Shown in pieces: positions 12,674-25,811 of a DNA stretch of 64,000 nucleotides. Within the stretch, counting starts at the first letter, position 1. Each line of letters opens with the position of its first letter. A program made the position numbers and the translations under genes. The stretch covers positions 84,320,001-84,384,000 of the forward strand of contig OX597817.1 of assembly GCA_951406725.2 (NCBI GenBank). Direction: 5' to 3'. Under the pieces are notes generated by a model. The model did no database searches, was not told the origin of the DNA, and saw only the letters and a list, made by a program, of their open reading frames with translations. The stretch is from Octopus vulgaris (lineage: Eukaryota).

Positions 12674-13548
12674 CGAGGAGGTACCCAAAAGTAACCGAAA
12701 ACGTTCTCTATGGGATAAACCCGTTGTAGATCAGGCTTCCGCCACTAGAAGCCACTTGATGCAACCGTCTGCGGAGTGGCGTCGTCCAGAGCAGTCGTAT
12801 TGTCAATTGGGGCAACTTTGTTTTGCAGTGCTTCTCCCCCGGTCGTCGATTTTTGCGATTGCTGAAACGAAGGAACAACGTGCTTCCGTGAAATTCTGTT
12901 TTCTGCTGAGGAAAACAGTGGCCGAAACAGTTGTCATGCTTCAAACAGCTTACAAGGGCGCTGGCTTGGGCAAATCACAAGCTTACGAGTGGTCATTTGT
13001 CGCTTGCAGACCAACCTCGTTCAGGACGACCGTCGATCACCCGAACGAATGAAAACATCATGAAAATTCATGAACTGATCTTGGAGGACCGTTACCGAAC
13101 AAGTGACGAATTTGTTAATATAACTGTTACATTATGGAGCTTCTGTCAATGAATTTTGAATGTGAAATTGCGAATGAAAAGTGTTGCAGCAAAATTTATG
13201 CCACGCTTGCTCACGGAGGATCAAAAGCAGTCACAACTAAATGTGTGTCGTGAACTGAATGAACATTTGGAAGTTGATCCATACCTATTTTCAAAGGTCA
13301 TCACTGGTGATGAAATTTGATACTACGGAATTTGCAGATGTAGAAGAGGTGAATGAAAAATGGCGGAGGTGATAAAAGGCATCATTTCGCAAAAGTTCCA
13401 GCACTACTTCGAATAGTGAAAAACAAGCATGGACTGATGCATTGCTTCAAATGGAGAATACATTGAAGACGATAAAAGTGTAAACATGTAAAACAAAGTG
13501 AATAGGATAATATTACAAAATTCCAGTTTTTATTGGGTAAACCCCGTG
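12674..13548 (+). mobile_element. Internally deleted mariner with both TIRs and TA TSD
   Basis: TIRs cgaggaggtacccaaaag.. and ..ttttattgggtaaaccccgtg; EQRASVKFC, PRSGRP, AAKFMPRLLTEDQK, VITGDE fused to FADVEEV..CIASNGEY. Confidence 0.9.
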
Positions 13549-13830
13549 TATATATATATTATAGATATAGGGTAAAAAATTATTAGTTTATAATTAATAA
13601 ATTTCATCAAGTAGTTTCGGTATGGAAAGGAACCATATACGGTAAAACTTATACAAGAAGTTTTATATATAATTATAAAAATAATTAAGGGTTTTTTCCT
13701 GTGTGAGTTACAGAGAGGGTTGTCTGTGGAGTCATATTTTGTAATGAAAAGAAATAACGGTCTTTTGGCTGCTATTTCTAAATCTTTCCGTATGTGGTTA
13801 AGCAACTCGTTGCTAAACCCTACATTATTG

Positions 13831-13888
<58 letters not shown>

Positions 13889-14140
13889 ATAATAACAATT
13901 TAATAAATAAAACATATGCATACATACATACATATATGTACATACCTACATCTATATGTATATATACATGTGTATACATATATGAGTACAGGACACCACA
14001 AATAAACGTAGAACACAACGAGAAACGAAAACATAAAATCAAACAAGGAAACGGACTTTTTTTAACAACAAAAAAACAGAGTACAAGACAAATAATACAA
14101 GGAATATTCCCCTTCATCAGCTGCCACACACACATATAAA

Positions 14141-14210
14141 TATGTATATATTTATGTCTTCTCTCTCCTTTTCTCCCAGTATGTGTATGTATATATACGC
14201 ACATACATAC

Positions 14211-14270
<60 letters not shown>

Positions 14271-14302
14271 ATATACATACATATATATATGTATATATAT
14301 AT

Positions 14303-14363
<61 letters not shown>

Positions 14364-14414
14364 GTATGTATATATACATACATATATATATGTATATATA
14401 TATATATGTACATG

Positions 14415-14445
<31 letters not shown>

Positions 14446-14499
14446 ATATACATACACATACTGGGAGAAAAGGAGAGAGAGGACATAAATATATACATA
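14141..14499. repeat. Fold-back: ~65-bp inverted arms around a TA/TACA core
   Basis: tttatgtcttctctctccttttctcccagtatgtg.. versus ..catactgggagaaaaggagagagaggacataaa. Confidence 0.85.
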
Positions 14500-15325
14500 T
14501 TTATATGTATGTGTGTGCGTACATTTCTATAAACATATATACAAATATGTTTATTTATATATATGTATATATATATCTATGTATGTATGTATATATGTAT
14601 GTACGTATGTATGTATACACATGTGTGTGTGCGCGTGTGTGTATGTGTGTAAAAAAATACGTTATTAATAATATGCCAAGATTTATTGATAAACTTAGGT
14701 TGTTCACAAAAACATTTGTAAACTTTGAATGGTAACGCCAGCAATCAAAGCGTGTGCATGCCTCTGTTTCAGTGTGTGTATGTGTGTGTGTGTGTGCGCG
14801 CGCGCACGTGTGTGTGTGTGCGCGTGTGAGTGTGTGTGTGTACATGAATGTAAAGAGAGAGAATAGAGATAGTGAGACACATGTACATGCTCTAAATTTG
14901 CATAATCAAATATATCAGACCCACTAACAGATTTTTGAGTCTGTGTTATACGTCAAATTACTTCAGAGACAAGTTTCACTAATCTTTGCTGTATTGTATG
15001 GTCATTAGTCGCAGAATATAACAATTAAAGCGTTTACAGAATGGAAAGTATAGAAATTAGATTAGAAGTTAGTAAACTCCAAACTTGGTAACCAAATATA
15101 TTTGTTATCTACTCAAGATCAATTTTGTAACCCAACATGCAGATTCATAATGATGCATACGGTCTCCGGAATTACTACTGCGTCAACGCTTTTACTTATC
15201 TTTTACATCAAGACAGAAAGATTATAAAATCAGAACACTAAGTTGTAATATTTGTAATACATGGTGAAGGAAACTACAGATTAGAAGTACAGAAGTAAAG
15301 CTACACTCACATGCATATGTGCAAA

Positions 15326-15384
<59 letters not shown>

Positions 15385-15387
<3 letters not shown>

Positions 15388-16566
15388 TGGTCATTAAGAA
15401 GGAAATGTCCGATTTTGAACTAAAATTATCAACACCTAAATTATCAACACAATTTTGGCATTTTATTGGCAGCTTATTTATGTCGGCAACGAAGAATCCT
15501 GGAGAGCAAGAGGTGATTAAATCTCAAAAGGTTGTTTTTGCACATTCTACAGATTTGAAGTTTTTTCCTTGCAAAAAGTTGTCTACTGCCTGGAAAAAGT
15601 GATATTCAGTTGGTTCAATGTCAGGTGAATATGGTGGATGACAAAGTACTTCCAAGTTCAGTTCCTGTAATTTGAGTAGCGTTGTTTTTGCAACATGTGG
15701 TCGTGCATTGTCTTGCAAGAGAACTGGGCGGTCTCTGTTACCAAATTTCGGTTGTTTAATAGTAAGTTCACTCATCATTTCATCCATTGTAATTGACTTA
15801 CCAGGTCTCATGAAGCTGTAGTGGATGACACCAGCGCTAGACCACCAAACAGCCACCATTACCATTTTTTGGTGAGTATTCTTGTTTGGATTGTGCTTTG
15901 GCACTTCGTCTCTATCTAACCACCATGCAGAGTGCTTGTTTTTGTTGAAAAAAATCCATTTTTCATCACGCGTAACAATACAATGCAAAAATGATTCGCT
16001 TTTATGCCGTGACAACAAAGAACAGAAAGTTTCAAGATGACGTGTCATTTGATGCTCGTTCAGTTCCTGTGGTACCCACTTGTCCAGCTTCCTTACCTTG
16101 CCGATTTGTTTCAGATGGTCCATTAAACCTTGCTGCTAACTCACGCGTAGTTTGTATCCGCTTCTCCTAGTTTCCAGCTCATCGTTATCCACCTTGGTCT
16201 CAACTCTATCTAGGGGCTGATTTTCAAGAGTAAAGTCACCAGAATAGAACTTCTCAAACCATCGACGTACAGTGCGCTCATTTGCCACATCTTCACCAAA
16301 CACCTCTTTGATGTTTTGAGCTACCTGGGATGCATTGGTTCCACGACGGAACTCATAAACAACACGAATGTTTTATCTATCCATGGGTTCACAAAAATTG
16401 ATTTACGTGAGAAAACTCACAATATAATCACAAACCATTTCGAAAAGTGGTGATGTAACTCTTCAATGTTGTAAACTAAAGATTTGTCAAGATATAAAAT
16501 TAGAGTTAATGACTTGTCAAACTCGGATCATAAGGAAATCGGACATTTCTTTCTTAATGACCTGAT
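15385..16566 (-). mobile_element. Near full-length mariner (DD34D), inactive
   Basis: ~30-bp TIRs (ggtcattaagaa.gaaatgtccgattt); WVPQEL, IVTRDEKW, LLQDNARPH, HPPYSPDIEPTEY; stops and frameshifts in the N-terminus. Confidence 0.93.
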
Positions 16567-16569
16567 ATA

Positions 16570-16623
<54 letters not shown>

Positions 16624-16742
16624 CATGTGCGAGAGCGTGTGTGTGTGCGTGTGCGTGTGTGTGTATGTGTGTGTGTGTCTTTCCGGGATTTGGTTTGTAA
16701 GATTCTTTATGTGAGTTCGTGAGTTGAAGCATATACTGTTGT

Positions 16743-16989
16743 CTGGGGAGAGTCATTCTCTTTTAGTGCCTTACAATTTAACACACTCACCGGTAAAATT
16801 TCCACTTATTTCCTTCTTTATTCTTTTAAAATTTTCTTGCAACCTTTTTAATAGTTTTGAGAGTCAAAACTATTGAAAAGTTTGCAAGACTCAACGAAAA
16901 TTTTAGAAAAATAAAGAAAGAAATAAGCGGAAATTTTACCGATGTGTGTGTCAAATTATAAGACACTAAAAGAGAATGACTCTCCCCAG
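16743..16989. repeat. ~250-bp fold-back (palindromic) element
   Basis: Arms ctggggagagtcattctcttttagtg.. and ..cactaaaagagaatgactctccccag meet at aatagttttga-gag-tcaaaactatt. Confidence 0.88.
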
Positions 16990-17014
16990 CCACACACACA
17001 CACATATACATACT

Positions 17015-17198
<184 letters not shown>

Positions 17199-17220
17199 TA
17201 TATATATAAAGTATTGAGAT

Positions 17221-17392
17221 GTCATATACTGCATTAGCTTACACCTGTTTCCGCCATACGATGCAATGCATTCATATTTGAATGCTTGTGTATCACCTTT
17301 TAGTTTCAAGCGTGAAGCACACTTTAAGCATTCAACTAGGAGTGCATTGCATCTTATAGCAGAAATAGTTGTAAACTAATGAAACTTATGAC
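17221..17392. repeat. Diverged fold-back element (~65-bp arms)
   Basis: gtcata..cattagcttacacctgtttc..gatgcaatgcattc..ttgaatgctt versus aagcattcaa..gagtgcattgcatc..gaaatagttgtaaactaatg..tatgac. Confidence 0.75.
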
Positions 17393-18391
17393 AACATTTC
17401 TGATTCCTTTGTCATTTGAATTTCTTATTACTGCTCTATACTCGACTAACGCTTTGTCTTGAAGCATATGTATATTAGGTTTTTAGTATCACTATGCCTA
17501 AGCGAGATGATAATATAAATGAGTGTGTGAGATATATATCCTTCGAACTTTTAAGTTATATATGCCTTCACCGCATCAGTTTTATTCTCAATTTATTCCC
17601 ATACATTCATGGCTCTGTCTTACTTTTATACTGTTTTGTATTCCTCATAGGTCTTCCACTCGTAATCTACCTCATCTTCTCTTCGACGGGGGTACTGGAA
17701 ACTACTGAAATCTTTTATATACATACATATAAATATATATTATTTATATTTTTATTTAATTCAACGCCACGCATCCATTTTAAAGTAAGTTTGTCATCAC
17801 CTTTTTGATGCGACTCTGCTCTGTACTGTTTTCTTTCTCCATCTTCCTCTAATTACATTTTTCTCCCCTCCCTCTTTCACTGTTTTATATTTGTCTCTCT
17901 CTCTCTCTCCTTCTTTCTCTTTTTTCTTTCTCTTTTTTCTGTCTCGTTGCTCACATGTAACCATCGTCCACTTCTCTTTTCCTCACGTGACCATCTTTCT
18001 TTTCCTGCACGGATGTTCAAAGGGCGGGACATTCTTTTTGTCTTTCCTCTCTTTTCAAAGAAAATTTATCTCCCAGCATTGACTATTTTCCTCTCATACT
18101 GTTTTCGTTCGATTTCTTTGTATGTCTCCACCATCCTGCTTTTGTTCTCAACTTTGACTCTCCATAAATCCTAAATTTTATTTTAGAATTTATGGGAGCA
18201 ACTGTTTTTGAAGACTCACATTGTCGTTGAATGCACGAAATGATGAGTAGATAGACAGCCGATAATTGATGAAGGGGCGTTTCTTTGTGTTTACTTGACC
18301 TGTTTTCTATCTTCGGTTGTCTGCTTATTTAACCCGTTTGTTTTCGTATTTCATGTCGTTTACACAGTTGCTGACGTCCTGCACCCGTATA

Positions 18392-18429
<38 letters not shown>

Positions 18430-18510
18430 CTTTCAAAATGTGACCTCGTATGTACCGTTGGCGATTCTTTTTCTTCTGTCTTCCCTTCTCTGGATCTTTC
18501 CTTCTCCTAT

Positions 18511-18545
18511 GTTTCCAACGAAGAGCTCCGCTCGAAACGTTAAAC
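18511..18545 (+). ncRNA. Degenerate minimal hammerhead-like motif in a (TA)n-associated repeat
   Basis: GUUU-CCAACGA-AGAGC-UCC-GCUC-GAAAC-GUU-AAAC; core has two mismatches; same family at 44552 and 44865. Confidence 0.4.
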
Positions 18546-18703
18546 CCCCCTTCTTTCCTTAGCGTCCAATAATACTATATTTGTTCCACGTCCTTTGTTC
18601 CACGTCCTTTGTTCCACGTTTGTGTTTTCTTGTTTAGATTAACTACATATATATATATTATTTATATTATTACATGTAATGGTTAACTGCTTCTCGTCCG
18701 GTG

Positions 18704-18796
<93 letters not shown>

Positions 18797-20141
18797 CTGT
18801 GTATTTGTAAGAGAAAGAGTGTGTGTGTTCACTAGTGTTCTGGGTAAAGTTCAGCTGAGAGGAACGTAGACGTTAATGCTTCGGAACTTGCTGTTCATCC
18901 AAAAGTTAAGTACAATGACAAAATGTGGCTTTATCAGTTGGTCTTTCTTCATTTTGTTAACTAAAATAGTTATCATCACTAATTTGGGTTTAACTCTATG
19001 ATATTTTTATTCTTAGTTAAATAGAATTTATGTTAGTTGAAATATGTAGTGTTACTTAATCTTCATGGTCAACATGTTTGCTTATGCAATTGATCTGGAG
19101 CAAATAACAACAGCGGCAAAACCTGTGACAATTGTAATCACCTTAACAACTGCCTCTGTTGTAATGTAATAACAGCAGGACTTTATACCAGCAAAAAGTG
19201 CTTCAACTTCATCAGCATGTAATTTCAGGACGGTGTTGGTGTTTAAATCTAATTTAAATCACGTGCGGATTACGATCTCTATAACCGGGAAATTATTTAC
19301 TACAATTTGACAATAGGCGCGTACATGCGTGTATATTTGTATGTGCGTGTGTGTGTGTTATATAGTCGTTATGGTTGTTGTCACTGTTGCTGTTACTGCT
19401 TCGGGAGTTGGCATACACGAAGAATGATTGGTATTTCTTGTTTCTATTGGTTTCAAACTTAATTAAAATAATTTAATCTGAAATAGAACTTTTTCGAAAT
19501 TTCCAACGTTAAAAAAAACATCTAAAAAGAAATTGATTAAAGAAAATTTTTTCTTAGTAATTGAAATATAGCAGAAAACAATTTTACTGACATAGACCAA
19601 ATGAAACTATGTGTATAGTGTATAAACTGCAAGCAACAACGCCGAGTCATTTGCAGAATATTTAAAATTAGCTTCACTTTTATTAAGAATCCTTCTACAA
19701 ACTTAGATTCAATAAATTGCGAATGGCTCCACGTTTTATTATATTAATTAATCATACTGCACCACTAAAGAATATTTTAATGTATTATCGTATCAATTAA
19801 TCAAACGGCATCACTAAAGAAAGTCAAAACTACTTTTCATTTCCTGGTTGATGAGTTAAAACACTGACTCGGTTAAGAAAAGAAATCAACCCAACCTTAG
19901 TTGGCACCTCATAACTGACGTTATGCCGCTTTTAGTACCAGTTTAAGATTTGATCTAAGTTCTATAACTTATTAGGTTACGAGGGCCCCACCACTTGACG
20001 GCATCAACTTCAGACAGTGCACCAAGGACCGGTCCATTAAGTAGAGACTAACTATCTTCAAGTTAAAACTATACTCGGATTTGAACTCAATTTACAAGGT
20101 AACGAAGCTGGAAAGTGAAATTGGCAATGTTGTCATTGATT

Positions 20142-20352
20142 ATTAGGTTCAAATTTTGACACAAGCCTAGCAATATCCGGGGATGGGGTAAGTCGATTAC
20201 ATCGACCCTAGTGCTCAAATGGTACTTATTTTATCGACTCCGAAAGGATGAAAAGCAAAGTTGACCTCTACAGAATTCAGGACATGAGAACGGACAAAAT
20301 ATTGTTAAGCAATTATCCCGGCGTGTCAACGATTCTACCTGCTCGCTACCTT
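20142..20352 (-). mobile_element. SINE family B, diverged
   Basis: cgaaaggatgaaa.gcaaagt.gacctc body and ggcg..gagctggcagaa head on the minus strand. Confidence 0.85.
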
Positions 20353-20369
20353 CGGGTTGATATATATTA

Positions 20370-20581
20370 TTTTCTACTCTAGGAACGAGGCTCGAAATTT
20401 GGGGGGAAGGGCAAGTCGATTAGATCGACCCCGGTACGCAACTGGTACTTAATTTATCGACCCCGAAAGGATGAAAGGCAAAGTCGACCTCGGCAGAATT
20501 TGAACTAAGAACGTAAAGACAGACGAAATACTGCTAGGTATTTCGTCCGGTGTGCTAATGTTTCTGCCAACTCGCCACCTT
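20370..20581 (-). mobile_element. SINE family B (alternative tail)
   Basis: Same body as 21341 but with a different 3' tail. Confidence 0.88.
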
Positions 20582-20599
20582 ACTTGAAAAAAATATTAA

Positions 20600-21048
20600 T
20601 ATCAGAAGGGCACAACCATCTCTAATTCGAGTCTACTCTAAGCTACTAAGAATGCGTGTGGCAACTTGAAGATCCACCCATCACACGCGATAGACTGGCG
20701 GTTGCACGGGCGCGAAAGCTACGTTGTTATCCTCATTCCGTAAACGGTGGCTTTTTAACGGGTGGAGAGCTGAACCATCCTGGGGTACAGAGGATTCGCA
20801 ATCTAGACTAGGGTGTGAAAGTTTACCACACCATGGTTCCTCTGCTTTGTGGCAGAAGTAGGAAGAAAGAGTGAGAGAATGTTGTGGTGAAAGAGTACAA
20901 CGGGGTTCACCCATCCACCCCCGCCGGAGCCTCGTGGAGCTTAGGTGTTTTTGCTCAATAAACACTCACAATGCCCGGTCTGGGAATCGAAACTGCGTTC
21001 TTACGACTACAAGTCCGCTGCCCTAACCACTGGGCCATTGCGCCTCCA
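20600..21048 (-). mobile_element. SINE family C (tRNA head), long variant
   Basis: Head ggaggcgcaatggcccagtggttaggg..gtttcgattcccag (A/B boxes) as at 33909 and 46519. Confidence 0.85.
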
Positions 21049-21049
21049 T

Positions 21050-21074
21050 ACTACTGTTACGACCACTACTACTA

Positions 21075-21107
<33 letters not shown>

Positions 21108-21129
21108 CTACTACTACTACTACTACTAT

Positions 21130-21163
<34 letters not shown>
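21050..21163. repeat. (CTA)n/(CTG)n trinucleotide repeat
   Basis: Direct sequence. Confidence 0.95.
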
Positions 21164-21164
<1 letters not shown>

Positions 21165-21340
21165 ATATTAGTAGCAGACGCGAGACAACAAAATCAACAA
21201 TGACAAAATATTTTTAGTAACTTTGTAATTTAAAGTTCTCTTTTGTCATTTATATTTCATCAAATTCTTTAATTCGTAGACCACGAAGAGAAAATTAAAA
21301 GGAGAAAAGGCGATTAGAAAAAAAATGGACGGACGAAATA

Positions 21341-21574
21341 TCTATTTCTTTACTACCCACAAGGGGCTAAACACAGAGGGGACAAACAAGGACAGACAAA
21401 CGGATCAAGTCGATTACATGGACCCCAGTGCGTAACTGGTACTTAATTTACCGACCCCGAAAGGATGAAAGGCAAAGTCGATCTCGGTGGAATTTGAACT
21501 CAGAACATAAAGACAGACGAAATACCGCAAAGCATTTCGCCTGGCGTGCTAACAATTCTTCCAGCTCGCCGCCT
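21341..21574 (-). mobile_element. SINE family B, full length
   Basis: Head aggcggcgagctgg..., B box gagttcaaattcc, tail gtcccctctgtgtttagccccttgtgggtagtaaagaaata. Confidence 0.92.
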
Positions 21575-22533
21575 TCGGGTTGATATATATTACTGAAATG
21601 CTGAGTTAAAATCGTAGAGGCGGAATACCTATACGTCCATCAGATGTAAAGCAATTTTACATAACTAGAGCTGGTTTACATTGAAAGTGTAACGTTGCTT
21701 AAAACGAAGACGAGTTAACAAAAAAGTATGATATTATATATGACATTATACTAACATAGCAACGGTCCAATGAGTTGTATTATACTAGAATCTAATTAAG
21801 TCCTGGACATGTATGAATTTGGTAATATATCCACCATTAAAAAGTTTAGTTAGTGCGTCGTGTAATTGAATTTAATGTAGAGCAGTGAGACTGAATAGTG
21901 AAGTTCATAGAATGCCAGACAACCAACTGAAAATGCAAGAACACGTGATCTGATACGGAATTTGCATTGATATAGCTCTCAACAGACTCTAATTATAGCC
22001 GATATAATTCACCATACAGTAAAATTGATTACTGTTTATTTAGCTTGCTGCCTGCTCTTGTCAGCTCTCTATTTATAAACCAATTGTAGCTGAAAGACGT
22101 TCTTTAGCTTTTTTCGTCTGCTTCTTTTTGTTTTTTATTCTTATCAGAGACTTAGAGATGTGTTTCTCTGGTGCAGAACATGACCAGTGATAGACGGGTT
22201 GTTTTGTCTCGAGGAGACTTAATCTTATTTGCTATTCGTGACGTGTAAACTTGTAATATTAACGATTCTGAAGCTTCTTTAGCTTCATCTACGCTCTTCC
22301 TAAGTTATGGATAGCGTTACGAGAGAGTTTCAGCATAGACGGCTTTCCATCTATCTGAATGTTGAAATAAAACTTTCATTATCAAAAATAATGTAAACAA
22401 GCAAAACACGCTTTATAAATTGTTGATGTATAAATTTAACGTTTCGACATGTTAAATATTTCGTTTGTTTTCGATTTTGTTCCATAGTTAAGGTTAAGTA
22501 TAACACTCCAATATATGTACGCCGTCAGGATCA

Positions 22534-22602
<69 letters not shown>

Positions 22603-22604
<2 letters not shown>

Positions 22605-22860
22605 CTGCATGGCCCAGTGGTTAGGGTATCGTATTTACGATCGAAAGATCACGGTTTCAATACTTAGATCGGGCGGTGCGTTGTGTTCTTGAGCAAAACC
22701 CTTCATCTCATGTTGTTCTACAATCACTTCGACACGTGACGTGCGGTACACCAGGCACTTGTTCAGGCAACGTTGATTTGATGGAGAGAGTGAACTAATG
22801 TACTAATGGTCTGGTTGTTTGGTAAAAACTGAACATTTATGCGCCGTCTTCGACGGGAAA
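22603..22860 (+). mobile_element. SINE family C-related variant
   Basis: tggcccagtggttaggg..ggtttcaat..ttgtgttcttgagcaaaac; related to 34462 and 59581. Confidence 0.75.
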
Positions 22861-22868
22861 GTCCGTTT

Positions 22869-22902
<34 letters not shown>

Positions 22903-23141
22903 TAAAACATATGCATATATACATATATGTACGTACCTACCTCTACATGTATATATACATGCATATATGGGTACAGGACACCAAACGAATTCAATTACAT
23001 ACCAATTACAATTAAAAAACAAAAACAGTTTACGGGCAATAAGATTAAGCATGTGTAATCTACAACTATCGAAATATATTTCTATATATCTCAAATAATA
23101 TTGAATTCTAAATTCAATACTATAACATAGATTAAGATGAC

Positions 23142-23213
<72 letters not shown>

Positions 23214-23330
23214 GTATATACATATATACATACACATATATACGTATATACATATATGCACCTACATATTCAAAGACACATACATATATGCAAATACATA
23301 TAGACATACACATATATAAATACCCATATG

Positions 23331-23365
<35 letters not shown>

Positions 23366-23380
23366 CAATACACCTAGTTG

Positions 23381-23423
<43 letters not shown>

Positions 23424-23659
23424 CATATACATATGCCTATACATATATACACATATATAGACATAAATACATATCTACACACAATATATATACGCACAAA
23501 CATATACACATGCATAAGGACATATAAAAAGCATCAGATAAATACAAACATGTACCGACGTATACAAATACATATATACATATATACAAATATATGATTA
23601 TTCATATATACATATGCATGTACACATATAAATGGATACATACGAGTACAACTATAGAC

Positions 23660-25620
23660 ACTTAATAAAATTTTATAAACACATATTTAGAATAGTGATA
23701 GTGTGTACAGGATAGAATACTCTCACGTCTTTCATTAAGCAATTTCTTCTTAGATGTTAATATCTGGTATAATTCATCTATACATAGGTTATATCTAGCA
23801 TTATTAATTTTATACGATCTAGCTTGACAAAGTATTTTCAAATTTATTTTGTATAATTTCTTACTCTCCTTCAATTTCCAAACTAGTTTACTAAGACTCG
23901 TACTGTTAAACCTATCTCTATTCATAAAGGTGTACTCATGGTTTGCTGTCCGTGTTTTTAATAAAATTTTCCGTTAACCCTATATGAAAATAATTTCTTT
24001 GTTCCGAATCCACCCTACATCTATATACAATATTGTTCTGTAAACAAAAATTCTTAGAATAACATTAATCCTTATATCTACAATCACAATTTCTAGCTAG
24101 ATCATTTTCTGTAATAGAATTATTATTTTTATTATTATAAAAGTTGTCTAAACTTTTATTAATAAAAGAAGAGATAAATCTAAACAAATTTTTAGATACT
24201 GAAAAACCTATTCTAATCCTTTTATTGTTAATTATTTTATAATTTTTATGTTCTTTATTAAAGTACTTAAATATTGATCTCTAAAACAGCTAGACCAAAT
24301 TCATTTGTATTTCTCGTGCGTAAGGAATGATAAACTAAATATAATTATCTTTATTATAATTAACATCATTGGGTTATTTGGGTTGGTATATCGCGTAAAA
24401 TGATTATCATTAGAGCTAAGTTTATTTATATATCCATTTTTTATTCAGGATATGTTTACTACACTTGTTCTTATTGATATGATTACTATTGTTAATCATA
24501 TCATTACTACTTACAAATAAATTGGATACATTGTTACTATTTGATTCACCCACTTCGTTGTCATCATCCTTCCATTATTATAATAAGAATTGGTGGAATT
24601 CCCATTCTTATTACAACATACTAATCTATTCTAGTATCCTGCTTTTTTTTACATCCAGGTAATTAACTGAATCATGTTCATTTTCTATAGAGATAGATAA
24701 ACCAAATCTTTTAAAGAAATTGTGGAGTTTCTTCATATACAGGTTCATTTTTCTGTTAGATTGACTACACTGGTTTACAAGGTTTTTGGTGTTTAGGAAA
24801 TAGACATAATTCCTATACAAAATCGGTTTCCTGAATCCAAATATAACCCTCTTTTTGACCTATCAGATCTAGTTTTTAAGTTATTGAATATCCCTATAGT
24901 CACTATGAATGTGTGTACGTCCAGTACGCAGTGTTCGTTACCTTATTCTAATTCTAAGTTTTTTTTTCTTTTTCCATACTTTTTAGGTGTTATGGTGAAC
25001 TAAACAATAGAAAATGAGCAAGATGTCCTCTTCAAGAAAGTGTTGCGTTAATTCTCCAAATGTGTTTTGAAAATCGAAAAAACATTACTGATTTTGTTGA
25101 AAGAGTGTATATGGCATATTTTGGGGTCAAGCTAGGAGACCAAGATAAATATTGGGCACCACATAGTATCTGCAAACAATATACAGGACATTTGCGAAAT
25201 GGACTAAAGGGACAAGGAAAAGTATGAGGTTTGCTATACCAATTGTATGGCGAGATCCCTATGATCACGCGGACGACTGCTATTTTTGTAAACCGGAAAT
25301 ATCGACAAACACTTGTCTATCCTAATCTTGCCTCTGCTATTAGACCGGCTCCACACGGTGAAGAGCTTCCTTTCCTGTCTTCAATGTCTTGCCTCAATGT
25401 CTTGCTTCTTGTTCCTGTCTTCAATGTCTTGGAGAAAAACTGAAGTTATTTTTGAATTCAGCGGGTAAAATCCCTTAAGAATTTTGAAATATGGAAGGCA
25501 CCAGACAAAATATTTTTCTTGCCCAGTGCTATTAAAAAATAATGCATCATCTCTATAGAGACCGCCTTTAATTTCTGGAAATTCATTATGGAAATGATAC
25601 ATTTGATGTTTTAATAATTG
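23660..25620 (-). mobile_element. Penelope-like element remnant (RT C-terminus + GIY-YIG), interrupted
   Basis: GGLYRDDAL..VNYLDV (RT); CDCR..C..NIVYRC..HIG..TRTANH..STSLSKLVWKLKE..NLCIDE..LLNERRE (GIY-YIG). Confidence 0.88.
24768..25528 (+). mobile_element. Internally deleted Chapaev3-like (CMC) DNA transposon
   Basis: CACTGG...CCAGTG termini; 3-bp TSD cta at 24765-24767 and 25529-25531; peptides AYFGVKLGDQDKYWAPHSIC, PIVWRDP.DHADDCYFC, YPNLASAIRPAPHGEELP. Confidence 0.82.
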
Positions 25621-25689
25621 CTTATGTTATATTATAACATAAATAAATTATTGGATTGCCAATTGTATATCTATTTAATTTTATCTATC

Positions 25690-25811
<122 letters not shown>

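Noticed and set aside
14100-14125. Minus-strand CUGAUGA-AGGGG (also ~18266 on plus)
   Set aside because: No downstream GAAA/NUH; at most a truncated remnant
13530-14735. Longest ORFs (322 aa and 197 aa), YI-rich
   Set aside because: Translations of TA/TACA microsatellites; the same applies to the many YIYI/VCVC/ERER ORFs
19040-19250. Moderately complex non-repeat stretch with a short minus-strand frame (HADEVEALFAG..)
   Set aside because: About 45 codons with no recognisable motif or splice sites
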